This document shows, piece by piece, positions 1 through 12,467 of a stretch of DNA of 64,000 nucleotides (within the stretch, counting starts at the first letter, position 1; each line of letters starts with the position of its first letter). Under the pieces are notes generated by a model. The model saw only the letters and a program-made list of their open reading frames with translations. It searched no databases and was not told the origin of the DNA. This DNA is from Eledone cirrhosa (lineage: Eukaryota), in the NCBI GenBank assembly GCA_964016885.1, contig OZ024741.1:46934001-46998000 (forward strand). Direction: 5' to 3'. Position numbers and translations under genes: made by a program.

Positions 1-2
1 AT

Positions 3-590
3 TTTTTTCAAATTCAAGAAAGTTCTACCTTCCCTACTCCTACAAGCATAGATTCAAGTTCTAATGATCACAATGGCCTCCTATTTTATATGGTTTCTCT
101 CTATAAAGTAGAAAACGCCGGAAGTAGCGCAGAGGTATCAGACTACAAACAAACCTTAATCCGAGGATTTAATAACGACCGAATGACACACCCGTATAAA
201 TATACTCAAGATATGATGCTAAGCGGACCATTATCTAAGATAATCAAAAACGATCAAGTGTTCCAAATCATGTCCGCGATGGACTTTTTCTTGTATGGAC
301 AGAGCGATCATGAATTGTCACTACTGCGCAGAGGAACAGTGTTAACTAGGTTTGATGGGATGAACATCCTTGAAGTTCTGGATCATTTCCGTAAGACTTC
401 AAGTTTGACTGTAGAAAATCTAATCTGCGCTATCGTGAATGAGACCGGTGCCACAGAGATGAGAAGGATTATCAAAGCCTTGAATACAGAAGCGTCTTTT
501 ACAGAAATATTTCCGTATCAGAAGTCTCTGGGATTAGTGAAGAAGTGCGTCTTTTCAGCGAGTGCCTGGCGAAAGCCAGGAGGCGCCTGA
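3..590 (+). pseudogene. Endogenous viral element: rhabdovirus nucleoprotein (N)-like fragment, open to the window start and C-terminally truncated near 565
   Basis: Frame is open from nt 3. LLFYMVSLYKV..DYKQTLIRGF..QIMSAMDFFL..HELSLLRRGTVLTRF..ETGATEMRRII..FPYQKSLGLVKKCVFSAS is colinear with recalled vesiculovirus N blocks (LPLYLLGLYRV..EYRKKLMDGL..KIVAAVDMFF..HECASFRYGTIVSRF..REVADEMVQMM..MPYLIDFGLSSKSPYSS). Confidence 0.85.
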
Positions 591-711
591 CCGAAAAGGC
601 GAATGAGAGAGTGAGAACTTAGTTTTATAGGGTTCTGACCGGAAGTTACAGAAAGGGTTCTACTTCCTGTCTAGATGGTGTTAATCTATTGGGGTTGTGA
701 GTGTCACAACA
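565..711 (-). promoter_or_regulatory. LTR-like Pol II promoter segment pointing antisense into the viral N fragment
   Basis: Minus strand begins TGTTGTGAC (711). ETS-type cores CCGGAAGT (639-646) and ACTTCCTG (662-669), TATAAAA (629-623), Inr-like TCATTC (606-601), hairpin CCTGGC-N4-GCCAGG (565-580). Confidence 0.5.
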
Positions 712-733
712 AGGGAGGCAATTCCTGCTACAT

Positions 734-3700
734 GTCCATTGTAATGCAATGAGGTGGCCAGCGGAATCTACCGGTATATGTTGCTCCAATGGAACGGTTA
801 GATTGCCTTATTTACAAGTCGGTGCCGAACCTTTGAATTCTCTGCTGCTTGGAGACCACCCTGATTCTAAACACTTTTTCAGAAATATAAGAGCCTACAA
901 TTCGGCTTTCCAAATGACAAGCTTTGGTCATACACCAATAAAAGATGGGAATTATATGCCCACATTTAAAGTGCAAGGCCAAATTTACCATCAAATAGGA
1001 TCACTTATTCCACAAGATGGCAAAGAACACAGTTTTCTCCAGATCTACTTTATGGGCAACGGACCTGAAGAAATTGCACGAAGGGCTTCAGTTGCTAAAG
1101 GAACAACACCTTCTCTTCTGCAGCCCCTTCAATATATGCTTCATTCCATAAACCCGTACATCACCATTTTCAAAACTGCTTTACAACGTAGAGATGCTAA
1201 CAACAATCAATACAAGGTTGTCATTCGAAATGACTGCGCCCCACCAGGACAGCATCAGGGTTGCTTTAATAGACCCCAAACCGATGAAGTTGCGGTGATT
1301 ATAACACGTCCTAATGAGAGCGCTTCAAACCGTGATATTGTTATTGAATGGCAGGACTCGCATCTTCAAAAAATAAATGAACTTCATCCCGCATATGATG
1401 CTCTCCAGTATCCATTGCTGTTCCCCTTTGGCGACGATGGCTACCGCATTGATTTGCAAAAGTGTAATCCTGTAAGTTGAATGCATCTTACACCAGGGAA
1501 AACCATTTCACAAATGGAATTTTATGCATTTAGACTTATGTTTCGCAAAAACGACGTCAACATTCTGCATAGAACACGGATGCTCCTCAATCAATACTGT
1601 GTAGACATATTTGCTAAGATTGACACTGAACGCCTCCAATGGATAAGACATCATCAAAAGGAACTGCGTTCAGAAGAATACGGCAATCTACGTGACGAAG
1701 TAAACCGAAATGATCAAGCTAATGCTTCGGATGTTGGGCTTTCTGTCATTCTCCCATCATCATACACTGGAGGCCCCCGTTACATGCATGAAAAAATGCA
1801 GGATGCTCTGACCTATGTCCGCCATTGTGGCCGTCCTGATCTTTTTATCACCTTTACATGCAATACAAAATGGTTTGACATCCAGTCTCATTTACTTCAT
1901 CCAGAGTGTTTCACATGAAGCTTATAAAAGTGATAGATGTTTTAAAATACGGACAACTTTTTGAACCAGTAAGGTGCTTCATGTACACAGTAGAATGGCA
2001 GAAGAGAAGACTCCCACATGCCCATATTCTCCTTTGGCTTCAAAAGAAACTTATGTCAACTGATGTTGATTCCATTATCAGTGCTGAATTGCCAAATCCC
2101 CAAGAAGACCCTTCGCTATTTCAAATCATAAAAGCCAACATGATACATGGCCCGTGTGGCCACCTAAATCCAAAATATGCATGTATGTATGGACAATAGA
2201 TGTACAAAGCGTTACCCACGTAAACTCATCAATGAAACCAAAACTGGTGATGATGGCTACCCTTCATACCGTCGCCAAGCACTGCAGGAGGGTGGACATA
2301 TGGCAAATATAACAATGCTTGGTGGTCAAGATTTCACTATTGACAACCGATGGGTTTTACCACATAACAAGGTGCTATGTAAAATGTTTTCAGCCCATAT
2401 TAACGTTGAATTCTGCAACTCCGTCAAAGCAATCCAATACATCTGCAAGTATGTCCATAAGGGAGCTGATTGAGCAGTTATTGAGTTGGCTAAAAGCGAT
2501 AACCCTGATGCTGCCACAGATGAAGTCACGTGTTTTCAAACTGGACGCTACATCTCTTCTAACGAGGGATTTGGGCACATATTCGGTTTTCCGATCCATG
2601 AACGTGAACCTCCAGTTATTCATCTCAGCATTCATTTGGAGAATGGTCAACGGGTGTATTTTAACCAAGAAAATATGCTTGACTGTGCAAGACAACCTCG
2701 AAGAACGACCCTTACCGGGTTCTTTGAACTCTGTACTTCAGACTCTTTTGCCAGAACACTTCTTTATGCGGAGTTGCCTACATTCTACACGTGGAATAAA
2801 TCTTCACGCTGTTGGCAAAGAAGAAAGCGAGGACGCATTTCACAAAGGGATGCTTTGATGCGTGAGTCTGATGCCCTCTCAAGAGTGTACACAGTTCACC
2901 CGCTCAATTCAGAATGTTTTCACCTTCGTCTTCTATTGCACGTTATCAAAGGTCCGACTTCCTTTGAAGACCTCCGTACCGTCAATGGCCATATTTGGTC
3001 AACATTTAAAGAGGCCTGCTCCAAATTAGGTCTTCTCGACAACGGTGACCACTATGACCACGCCCTCCATGAAGCATCAATGTTGCAGTCACCAATTGCT
3101 CTTCGTAAGCTTTTCGCCGTTATGCTGGTATACTGCAGTCTTGGGAATCCAGTCTTTCTGGGATAAATATCGTGACAGCATGTGCTTGGACATCCTAATG
3201 CAATCTCGCTTTGCGTCCACAGACATGAATTTACAGTTTACACATGAAATGTACAATTGCGGTCTCATATTTCTAGAAGATATACTTTTGGAAATGACCG
3301 GCCATCCCTTGAAGAACTACTATATGGAATCCCCTAAAAGAGAAAATGAGGCTGTTTGTAACCGCCACGTACTAAGGGAGACATGCTACAATGCTGCCAG
3401 GCTTCTGTCCTACATTCAAAAAAGAGAAAAACTTTTGAATTCTGAACAAGCTGATGTCTATACTTTTGTTTTGACCATGCTTGAAGACATAAACGGTAGC
3501 ATCCTCTTCCTTGATGCGCCAGGTGGCACAGGAAAGACATTTCTACTAAACCTCCTTCTTGCCAAAGTTCGCCAACATGGACAGATTGCCATTGCAATGG
3601 CATCTTCAGGAATAGCAGTAACACTGCTAGAAGGCAGCAGAACAGTCCATTCAACATTTAAGCTTCCCCTTAACATTGGTCATGTTGAAAATCCGACCAC

Positions 3701-4796
3701 TAATGTAAAGAAGAATTCTGATGAGGCTGCTGTCTTTCGAAAATGCAAAATGATTGTCTGGGATGAGGCGACAATGTCCCATAAGAATGCACTTCATGCA
3801 ATCAATGCAACGCTACAAGACCTGCGCTCCAACTCTAAACTTTTCGGTGGCGTCGTTCTGCTTCTTGCTGAGGACTTTCGTCAAACTCTTCCCATCATCC
3901 CAAAAGGTCAACCAGGTGATGAAATAGACGCTTGCATTAAACATTCTCATTTTTGGCGCTTCGTCCAGTCGAGAATGTTAACCATCAACATGCGATCAAT
4001 TCTCCACCAACAAGACGGTGACAATTACTTTGCTTCAAAGTTATTGGATGTTGGTAATGGGAACTTACCAATCGACGTAAACGATTTCGTTGACATAAGT
4101 ACCATCGGCAACTACGTCTCCAGCCCTGGGGACCTTTGCACAAAAGTTTACCCCGACCTCTCAACAAATTAAGTCAGTCATCAATGGATGTGTGAAAGGG
4201 CTGTCTTAGCTCCTACAAATGCCACCGTCCAAGCTCTTAACACATGTCTGCTTCATCAACTTCCTTCCCAAGAGCGATGTTATGCTTCGATTGATTCAAT
4301 TACGGATCCGACGCAAGTAACGTTTTACCCAACAGAGTTTTTAAACTCACAAGAACCATCGGGAATGCCACCGCATAAACTCTGCCTAAGACTTGGATGT
4401 CGCATCATACTATTAAGAAATTTGGAACCTCCTCAGCTTTGCAATGGCACATGCTTGGTTATAACGCAAATGTTGGATGACGTTCTCGAAGCTACAATCA
4501 TTACTGGAAAAGGCGCTGGTGACTCTGTTTTAATTTCCAGAGTTCCACTTATTCCAACTGACTGTGTCTTTCCGATGAAAAGAGTTCAATTCCCCATTCG
4601 ATTAAGTTTTGCGATGACCATTAACAAAGCCCAGGGGCAATCACAAAAAGTGGTTGGGCTGGACCTCAGTACCCCATGTTTTTCACACGGACAACTGTAT
4701 GTGGGATGTTCAAGAGTTGGAAACTCAGCAAGTCTCTTTTACTACGCTCCCGGAAGATTTACAAAAAATGTGGTTTACAAGGCAGCCCTCCAATAG
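734..4796 (+). pseudogene. Helitron RepHel (Zn finger, HUH/Y2 Rep, PIF1-like helicase), disrupted by stops and frameshifts
   Basis: HCNAMRWP..CCSNG, ILPSSYTGGPRYM, EWQKRRLPHAHILLW (HUH), YICKYVHKG (Y2), DAPGGTGKT (Walker A), WDEATM, FAMTINKAQGQS, FSHGQLYVGCSRV across ORFs 701-4796. Confidence 0.96.
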
Positions 4797-5035
4797 TTTA
4801 TCCAATGCTGCTTCTACTTCCAATAGCCGTGCTTTAGAGACTGTTGACCAAAGGGCAACAAGGCTTGCGGCTGATACTCAACGGAAAATGCGTACTTATG
4901 TCTTTCCAAGGGATTCTTCCTGTTACTGGTCTAAGAAAGGTTTTCAATACAACCCCCAAGAGGACTACGCATCCCATCCACATATCATCATTGGTAGTAT
5001 GTCAACTGTTTGCGTCCATTGTAATGCAATGAGGT
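4797..5035 (+). mobile_element. Displaced N-terminal segment of the same RepHel, located after the stop codon
   Basis: Encodes KKGFQYNPQEDY..IIIGSMSTVCVHCNAMR, homologous to KAAFRYNPSEDY..ISIGKMDNVCTSCNAMK of Helitron 2. 5014-5035 is identical to 734-755. Confidence 0.85.
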
Positions 5036-5060
5036 ATACATGTATATATATATATATATA

Positions 5061-5779
5061 CAAGATACGGTTTATAACTTGGTTATATGCTGAACCATCG
5101 TGAATTATATGATAGACCCGTGTTCTATATATTGCGTCTCATGGATTATGTGAGTGGTGGTGTGAGCGAAGACAGTGGTACTGTTTTGCCTACGATATAA
5201 TATGGTTTATAATATGTTTGAAATTTTTTATATTTTGGTGTTTCTCTACATTAGGGACTGTATATCATACAGGTATATGCGAATAAATGATTTAATAATT
5301 CAGCCCACATAATAATATTGATTGCCTGCTTCAACTGCCTGACCCTGCAAATAACATTCTGACGCACTCTAATCCTGTATAAATAAGACACGCGTGCATG
5401 CTACACGTGAGATTGTTTCATACACTGACTACTCTAAACTTTCCTCTTGCTTTATCTTCATAGACTGCCAATGCTTCATTTTTATTTTTATTTTTATTTT
5501 TATTTTTATTTTTATTTTTATTTTTATTTTTATTTTTATTTTTATTTTTATCCTTTAACCTTTATATGTAAATTGCCATGCTATATCATTTTGATGGATG
5601 TCATCCCACTGTGGATCAATATGTGCATATGTTTTATGTCTCTTGTGTTGAAAAGGAGGTCAAGTATGTTATAGATCACTAAATAGTTGCTCCGAAGAAT
5701 CCAAACCTCGGTTTGGAGGAAACAATTGTAAGCAAATAAATGATTTAAACTGAACTTTGATTATTGTAATCTCTATATA
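5061..5779 (+). mobile_element. Penelope-like terminal-repeat fragment, family B
   Basis: Near-identical to about 48076-48758, carries an HHR-like motif, flanked by (TA)n, with an internal (TTTTTA)n expansion at 5478-5550. Confidence 0.7.
5687..5735 (+). ncRNA. Minimal type I hammerhead ribozyme, variant core CCGAAGA
   Basis: TTGCT-CCGAAGA-a TCCAAAC ctcg GTTTGGA g-GAAA-CAATTG (palindrome)-TA-AGCAA. Confidence 0.7.
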
Positions 5780-5862
5780 TATGTATATACATATATATAT
5801 ATATATACATGTATATATATATATATATGCATGTATATATATATATATATATATACATGTAT

Positions 5863-5900
<38 letters not shown>

Positions 5901-5946
5901 ATACATGTATATATATATATATATATACATGTATATATATATATAT

Positions 5947-8632
5947 ACAAGTAGGATAGAAGAGGTCCCTGACAAACTGGACCAGGGTCTCAACATCCTA
6001 CTGCTGGGAGACTTCAACCTACCAAAGGTCAAATGGCCTGAGGGCCACCTCCTCCTTGGAATAACGTCAATAGAACAGAGACAGACGGAATCCCTGCTGG
6101 CCCTCACACACAGGCTGTTCATGGAGCAAGCAATACTCCTCCCAACAAGAGGCGAAAATGTCCTGGACCTCTCTTTTACAAACAACGAAGTGCTCATCCA
6201 CAATGTAAAGGTGACACCAACAATTCTCTCGGATCATAACTTAGTAGAACTAATGATATGTGGTCCAAGAGAACCAACAGAGACAAAACCACCAAGAAGC
6301 TCCTGGACGCTATCCAGCCTTAACTTCTACAAGGCTAACTGGAAAAAGATTAAGAGAGGAATCCGGAAGCAAACATGGAGTGAAAACACCGCCACACAAG
6401 ACACTAACACACAATTTCAACACTTCATGACTACGATACACACTATATGCAAAAAGTTTGTCCCGGAGAAAGAGGCAAACAGACACAAAAATCTTATTCC
6501 CAGAGATAGGAAAATCCTTATGAGACATAGAACTAAACTGTCAAACCAGTTGAATAGTCAACAAAACAAAAACAAGAAGGAATCCTATTTGAAACGTGCA
6601 CTACTTGACACCGAGATTGCACTCAAACTTTCCCATGAGAATGAGAGGGCAAAGAAAGAGAACAGGGCCATAGAAAACATTAAAACAAACCCTAAGGCCT
6701 TCTTTGGATTTGCAAAGGAGACTGCCTCAGTACACTGCAAGATTGGGCCACTCTTCCATACGGACAGTTCATTAACCGAAAACCCCCAAGAGATATGTGA
6801 AATACTGAACGAACAGTACAAAAGTGTGTTCACATGTCCACTGAGGCACATGCAAATAACGAAGCCAGAGGAGTTCTTTGATGCCACAACACTACATGAA
6901 GAAATGGCTACCATCAACCACATAGACATAACGGAGGAGGATGTGGTGTACGCCATTGATGAAATTAGAACAGACTCGACTGCTGGACCTGATGAATTCC
7001 CAGCAGTTCTCTTAAAAATATGTAAGCGGGCCTTAGCAACTCCACTGAAGATGCTCTTCAGAAGCTCCTTGGCTAGCGGTGTACTACCCAGGTAGCTGAA
7101 AGAAGGCACAATATGCCCTATCCATACAGGAGGTAGCAGAGCGGAGGCCAAAAACTATAGGCCAGTCTCCCTGACGTCGCATATCAGTAAGGTCATGGAG
7201 CGAGTCGTCAGAAAGAAACTGATCACTTTCCTCGAGGAAAATGACTGCCTGACTAGCACGCAACATGGCTTCCGCCCAGGAAGAAGCTGCCTTACAAAGC
7301 TGCTACATCACTACGACTGGGTAATGAGACAACTACTAGACAGCTCACATGTGGACGTGATATATCTTGACTTTGCGAAGGCCTTTGACAAGGTCGACCA
7401 CGGAATGATATGTCACAAACTACACGGACTCGGCATAACTGGAAAAGTAGGTGAGTGGCTGCATGGCTTCCTAAGGGACAGAAGCCAGGCAGTCGCAGCA
7501 AATGGGGCCCTCTCAAAGGAAACACCAATAACAAGTGGGGTGCCCCAGGGGACAGTCCTGGGACCACTACTGTTTTTGGTGGCTCTCTCAGACATGCCCT
7601 CTGTAGTACATACAACAACATTCCTCACTAGCTATGCTGATGACACTAAGGTAGCACAGGCAATCAAAAACCCGGCTGACGCTGCCCTTTTACAGCAGGA
7701 TCTGGATGCCATATACAAATGGGCGGAAGAAAACAACATGCAGTTTAATGCTGGCAAATTCCAAGCCCTACAATACAAACCTCCAAACAAACCTGCAAAC
7801 ACAAATATAGTGGAACACAACTACACAGGACCAGGAGGGACTGATATCCCCGTGTCAAAATCGATACGAGACCTGGGCATAGACATGAGCGATGATGCAT
7901 CTTTTTCTTCACACATCATGAAAGTGGCGACAATGTACAGACGACTCGCTGGCTGGATCTTGAGAACTTTCTGGACAAGAGATCGAGACACCATGTTGAC
8001 ACTATGGAGGACATTTGTCCTAAGCCGCCTGGACTACTGCTCCCAGTTGTGGTCACCCCATAGTGTCAAACTAACCATGGAGCTTGAGGCAATCCAGCGA
8101 AGCTACACCAAGAGGATTGCCAAGATGAGGGAGACAAGCTACTGGGAGAGGCTAAAGGAACTGAACCACTACTCCTTGGAGCGAAGACGGGAGAGATACG
8201 CAGTGATCTACATGTGGAAAATCCTGGAGGGACTAACACCAAACTTTGGCATTGGGAGCTGGACCAACCGTCAAACAGGACGTCACTGTGTGGTGCCAAA
8301 GGTCCCATCTTCCATATCTAGAATAAGGAGCAGGTATTGCAATAGCCTGGGATTCAAGGGCCCTCAACTCTTCAACAGGCTGCCGAGGGATCTGAGAGCC
8401 TTGCATGACGTGGAGGTGGATGTCTTCAAGAAACATCTCGACACCTTGTTATCCAGGATCCCGGATGAGCCCACAGCAAGACATGAGGGAAACCTAAGAG
8501 CAGCAGCAACAAACTCCCTCTTACACCAGTGGCCAACCTATACAAGCTGGAGATAAAATGTGTAGCAACAAGGGCGGTGCCCCAGCATGGCCTCAGCCGG
8601 ATGGCTGAAACAGGTAAAAGAGTAAAACAGTA
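5947..8632 (+). mobile_element. CR1/L2-type LINE ORF2, 5'-truncated in the APE domain, one in-frame TAG at 7093-7095
   Basis: [21 protein letters not shown] (APE); NYRPVSLTS, YLDFAKAFDKVDH, GVPQGTVLGP, YADDTK (RT). 3' UTR stem-loop TCAGCC-ggat-GGCTGA and a short repeat tail. Confidence 0.93.
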
Positions 8633-8737
8633 TGTATATATATATATATATATACATGTATATATATATATATATATATACATGTATATATATATATACA
8701 TGTATATATATATACATATGTATATATATATATATAC

Positions 8738-8807
<70 letters not shown>

Positions 8808-8816
8808 TTACATGTA

Positions 8817-9809
8817 TGAAACATAGAAATTAGGGTCTATTTTGAGACACATTTCAATAGTTAGTAATAGAAACCTCGGAGTTACCTCCCCTCATGCATT
8901 AACTCCCCTTAGCCACACACACACTTCCGGGTAGTATTCAATGTCGATTCTCGAAACGTAACAGCCTCCTGTATTGAACTAAAGAACATCAGACTACGAT
9001 TCTCTAACTGGATTGTCAAACGCTCAATATCGAATTGTTGTGGATTATGTGAGGGGCATATAATCTGAAAAATACACTCACCTGACTATGAAAATGTCGA
9101 AGTACATGAAGTCCATAACATCCCTTCGCTGTGCATTTCCAATACTTTTAATATTTTTAATGCTTGCACTATTTTTAATGCTTATATCATTTCTCCACAC
9201 ACAGACTATAACAATCATATAAAAAATTTGCCACTAGATCAACCAACCTAACACTCTTGTTTACCTACCTAAGTGCTTCTACTACACGTAACTCTCTGCC
9301 ACACTATATAAACAAGACGCACGTGCTTGCCACACATATAACATTTGCACGATATAACCGCTTATTTTCATGTTGTATTTTAACCTGTATTTTTGATTGT
9401 ACCTTTTAATATGAATGTAATCTCTAAGTGTGTACTGCCACTCTAAATGCTGTAATGAATGTTGACCCACAATATTTGCATATGTATCTGTATGTCTCTT
9501 GGGTGAAAAGGAGGTCATATAACTGTTCATTCATTAATAAATTGCTCCAAAGAATCCAAACCTCGGTTTGGAGGAAACAGTTGTAAGCACAAAAATGTTT
9601 TGAACAGTTCTTTGATTCTTATATTTCATATAACTGCTCTGTAAATCATCTGATGTTTTTACATTGAGCTACTTAACTTACTGGTAATAAGGTAGTAATA
9701 TATTACTGCCTACCACTATTTAAGGTTTGTATAAAAAAATATATATAACTGCAAAAGGTTTTTGTATTTACATAACCATAAATAGTATAATTAATACTAT
9801 TAATACTAT

Positions 9810-9810
<1 letters not shown>
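8817..9810 (+). mobile_element. Diverged family B Penelope-like terminal repeat with degenerate HHR (9542-9590) and bulged hairpin (9636-9670)
   Basis: Similar to 47985-48923. HHR core reads CCAAAGA, stem II identical to the 5687 copy. Confidence 0.65.
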
Positions 9811-9851
<41 letters not shown>

Positions 9852-9853
<2 letters not shown>

Positions 9854-9988
9854 AAGGCGGGTAAAATTCCCGAGATCCATGTCCTTAGAATTATTAGATA
9901 AAATATATACTATTTCCTCTTCTAATTAGCATAATTAACCATATAAAAAATCAATTAGACCATAGAGCGTAAAAGTGACCGGTTGCAA
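9852..9988. repeat. Short dispersed repeat shared in inverted orientation with 17927-18051, possibly a DNA-transposon terminus
   Basis: GATAAAATATATACTATTTCCTCT..AATTAGCATAATTAAC.ATATAAAAAATC matches the reverse complement of about 17950-18012. Confidence 0.5.
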
Positions 9989-12230
9989 CATCATCATCAT
10001 CATCATCATCATCAGGTTTAGCATCCGTGTTCCACGCTTGCATGGGTTTGGACGGGGGTTTTCCCACTTGAGGCAAGAGTGGTTGTCTTGCTCGCATAGG
10101 ACTGTCTGGCGGGTTTTCTACAGTTGGATGCCCTTCCTAACACCAACCACATTTACAGTGCGGGGCTGGGAGGTTTTTACCGTGTTGCCTACACGGCCAC
10201 ATTACAGCGTGGACTGTCTGGCGGGTTTTCTACAGCTGGATGCCCTTCCTAACACCAACCACATTTACAGTGTGGGGCTGGGAGGTTTTTACCGTGTTGC
10301 CTACACGGCCACATTTACAGCGTGGACTCTGTGTTTTTTGTCGTGACACCTACACGATCTCATTTGTTTCGGCCTGGATGTTGTGGGACCAACATAACTT
10401 TACATTGAAAGGGGCGGTGTGGGTGGGACGGGGGTGTGTTTTGATAGAGATGCCTACTGACTGTAGTAGGTTTTTACTTTGTATTTAGGTAAGGCGGGTC
10501 TTCTCTATTACTGAGTACCGCCAAAGGTCTCGGTCCAGTGACATTGTCTTGGAGAGGTGTAAGCGTGTGAGGTCGGAGTTTATCAGCTCGTCCCATGTTT
10601 TTCTGGGTCTGCCTACTCCGTGGCTACCGTCTATCTTTATTGCCCTGCACTTTGTTATACAGCTGTCGTCTTTCATGCGCATCACGTGACCGTACCAACG
10701 TAGCCTTCTCTCGAGTAAACAACATCTGATCCCTCTTATTTCTAATTTTTTCCTTAGTTCGTTTATGCTTTGCCGTTCACGTATATTACTATTGCACATC
10801 CAGCGGAGAATGCAAGCTTCGTTCCTCTCTAGTCTGCGTATATCCTCTGCACACAATGCCCAGGTCTCACTGCCATGCAGCATTGCTGTTCGTATGCAGG
10901 CATCGTATAACCTGCCTTTCATTTTTAGGGAGAACCCTCTAGCGGCTAATAGTGGTATAAGCTCTCTGAACTTTTTCCATCCAGTTCTGACTCTAGCTAC
11001 TGTACTTTCAGAGCACCCTCCCCCACTGCTGATTTTGTCACCCAGATAACGGAAGCTGTCCACTATTTCTATAGAACCCTCTGCGCAGTTGAGGGAGCTA
11101 GTATTTTGTGGGCACTTGCTGCTACTTATTGCACCAGAGCACCGGCCACATGTAAAATCTATGTTCTTAGTTATCTTACCTGTGATCCCACTACATCTTT
11201 TATGCACCCATACTTTGCATTTGGGACATAAAATGGAGTTTCTACCTACGCCTTTCCTACACACTGAGCATGGCCATTTCCCAGATGGGACCGCCGCCTT
11301 ATTTTCTTTCCTACAAACTAGAACCTTAGTCTTAGCCAGGTTAATTTTAAGGCCTTTTGATTCTAGGCCGTGCTTCCATGTTTGGAATTTCTTCTCTAGT
11401 TCGGTCATTGATTCAGCTATGAGCGTTAGATCATCTGCGTATAGGAGTTCCCATGGGCAGCCGGTCTTGAACTCCTCTGTTATAGCCTGAAGGGCAATAA
11501 TAAATAGTAGGGGGCTAAGAACAGAGCCCTGATGGACACCAACTTTTACGCTAAACTCTTCACTATATTCGTTGTTAATTCTAACCTTACTGACTGTTTC
11601 TTTATACATGGCTTGTATAGCTCTCACAAGCCATTCGTCAACACCTAGTTTTCTAAGAGACCACCAGATAATGGAACGGGGGACTCTGTCGAAGGCTTTC
11701 TCCAAGTCGACGAAAGCTAAGTATAGGGGTTTACTTTTAGCTAGGTACTTCTCCTGTAGTTGTCGTACAATGAAAAGAGCGTCTGTGGTACTTTTGCCTG
11801 ACACAAACCCGAACTGCATTTCATCTACATCAATTCTCTCTCTGATTAGTTGCGCTATTACTTTTTCTGTGACCTTCATGACCTGGTCGATTAATTTAAT
11901 GCCTCTATAGTTACTCCTATCTAGGACATCTCCTTTTCCCTTATAGCAGTTAACGATGATGCTGCTACGCCATTCCTTCGGAACAACCCCATTCTGTACG
12001 ACTTGGTTAACTATCCGGGTGACCATGGTGTGTCCCACCGAACCAGATGCCTTCAGCATCTCAGCAACTATTTCCGAAGGCCCAGCCGCCTTACCCGTCT
12101 TCATATCTTTGATTGCCTTACTTATTATACTACCTTCAACTAACACTGCTGGTCCCTCTATTGGATCGATCTGGGGGAGACTGTCTTTCTCCCATTTGTT
12201 CTCCTCATTTAGAAGCCTTTCGTAGTGACA
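9989..12230 (-). mobile_element. RTE-clade LINE, 5'-truncated, RT with PHD-finger insert, (GAT)n tail
   Basis: [53 protein letters not shown]. 112-bp duplicated unit in the 3' UTR (10099 and 10211). Confidence 0.95.
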
Positions 12231-12267
12231 CTTATATACATGTATATATACATGTATATATATATAT

Positions 12268-12319
<52 letters not shown>

Positions 12320-12337
12320 GTGTATATATATATATAT

Positions 12338-12467
<130 letters not shown>

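Noticed and set aside
1-733. Viral N fragment as Helitron-captured cargo
   Set aside because: No Helitron 5' end is visible, and an LTR-like segment separates the two; adjacency alone is not evidence.
10099-10335. CRISPR-like repeats in the RTE 3' UTR
   Set aside because: Simple 112-bp tandem duplication with no unique spacers or cas genes; eukaryotic context.
10765-12225. Plus-strand ORFs antisense to the RTE RT (and equivalents in other copies)
   Set aside because: Shadow ORFs of the coding strand with no independent motifs.
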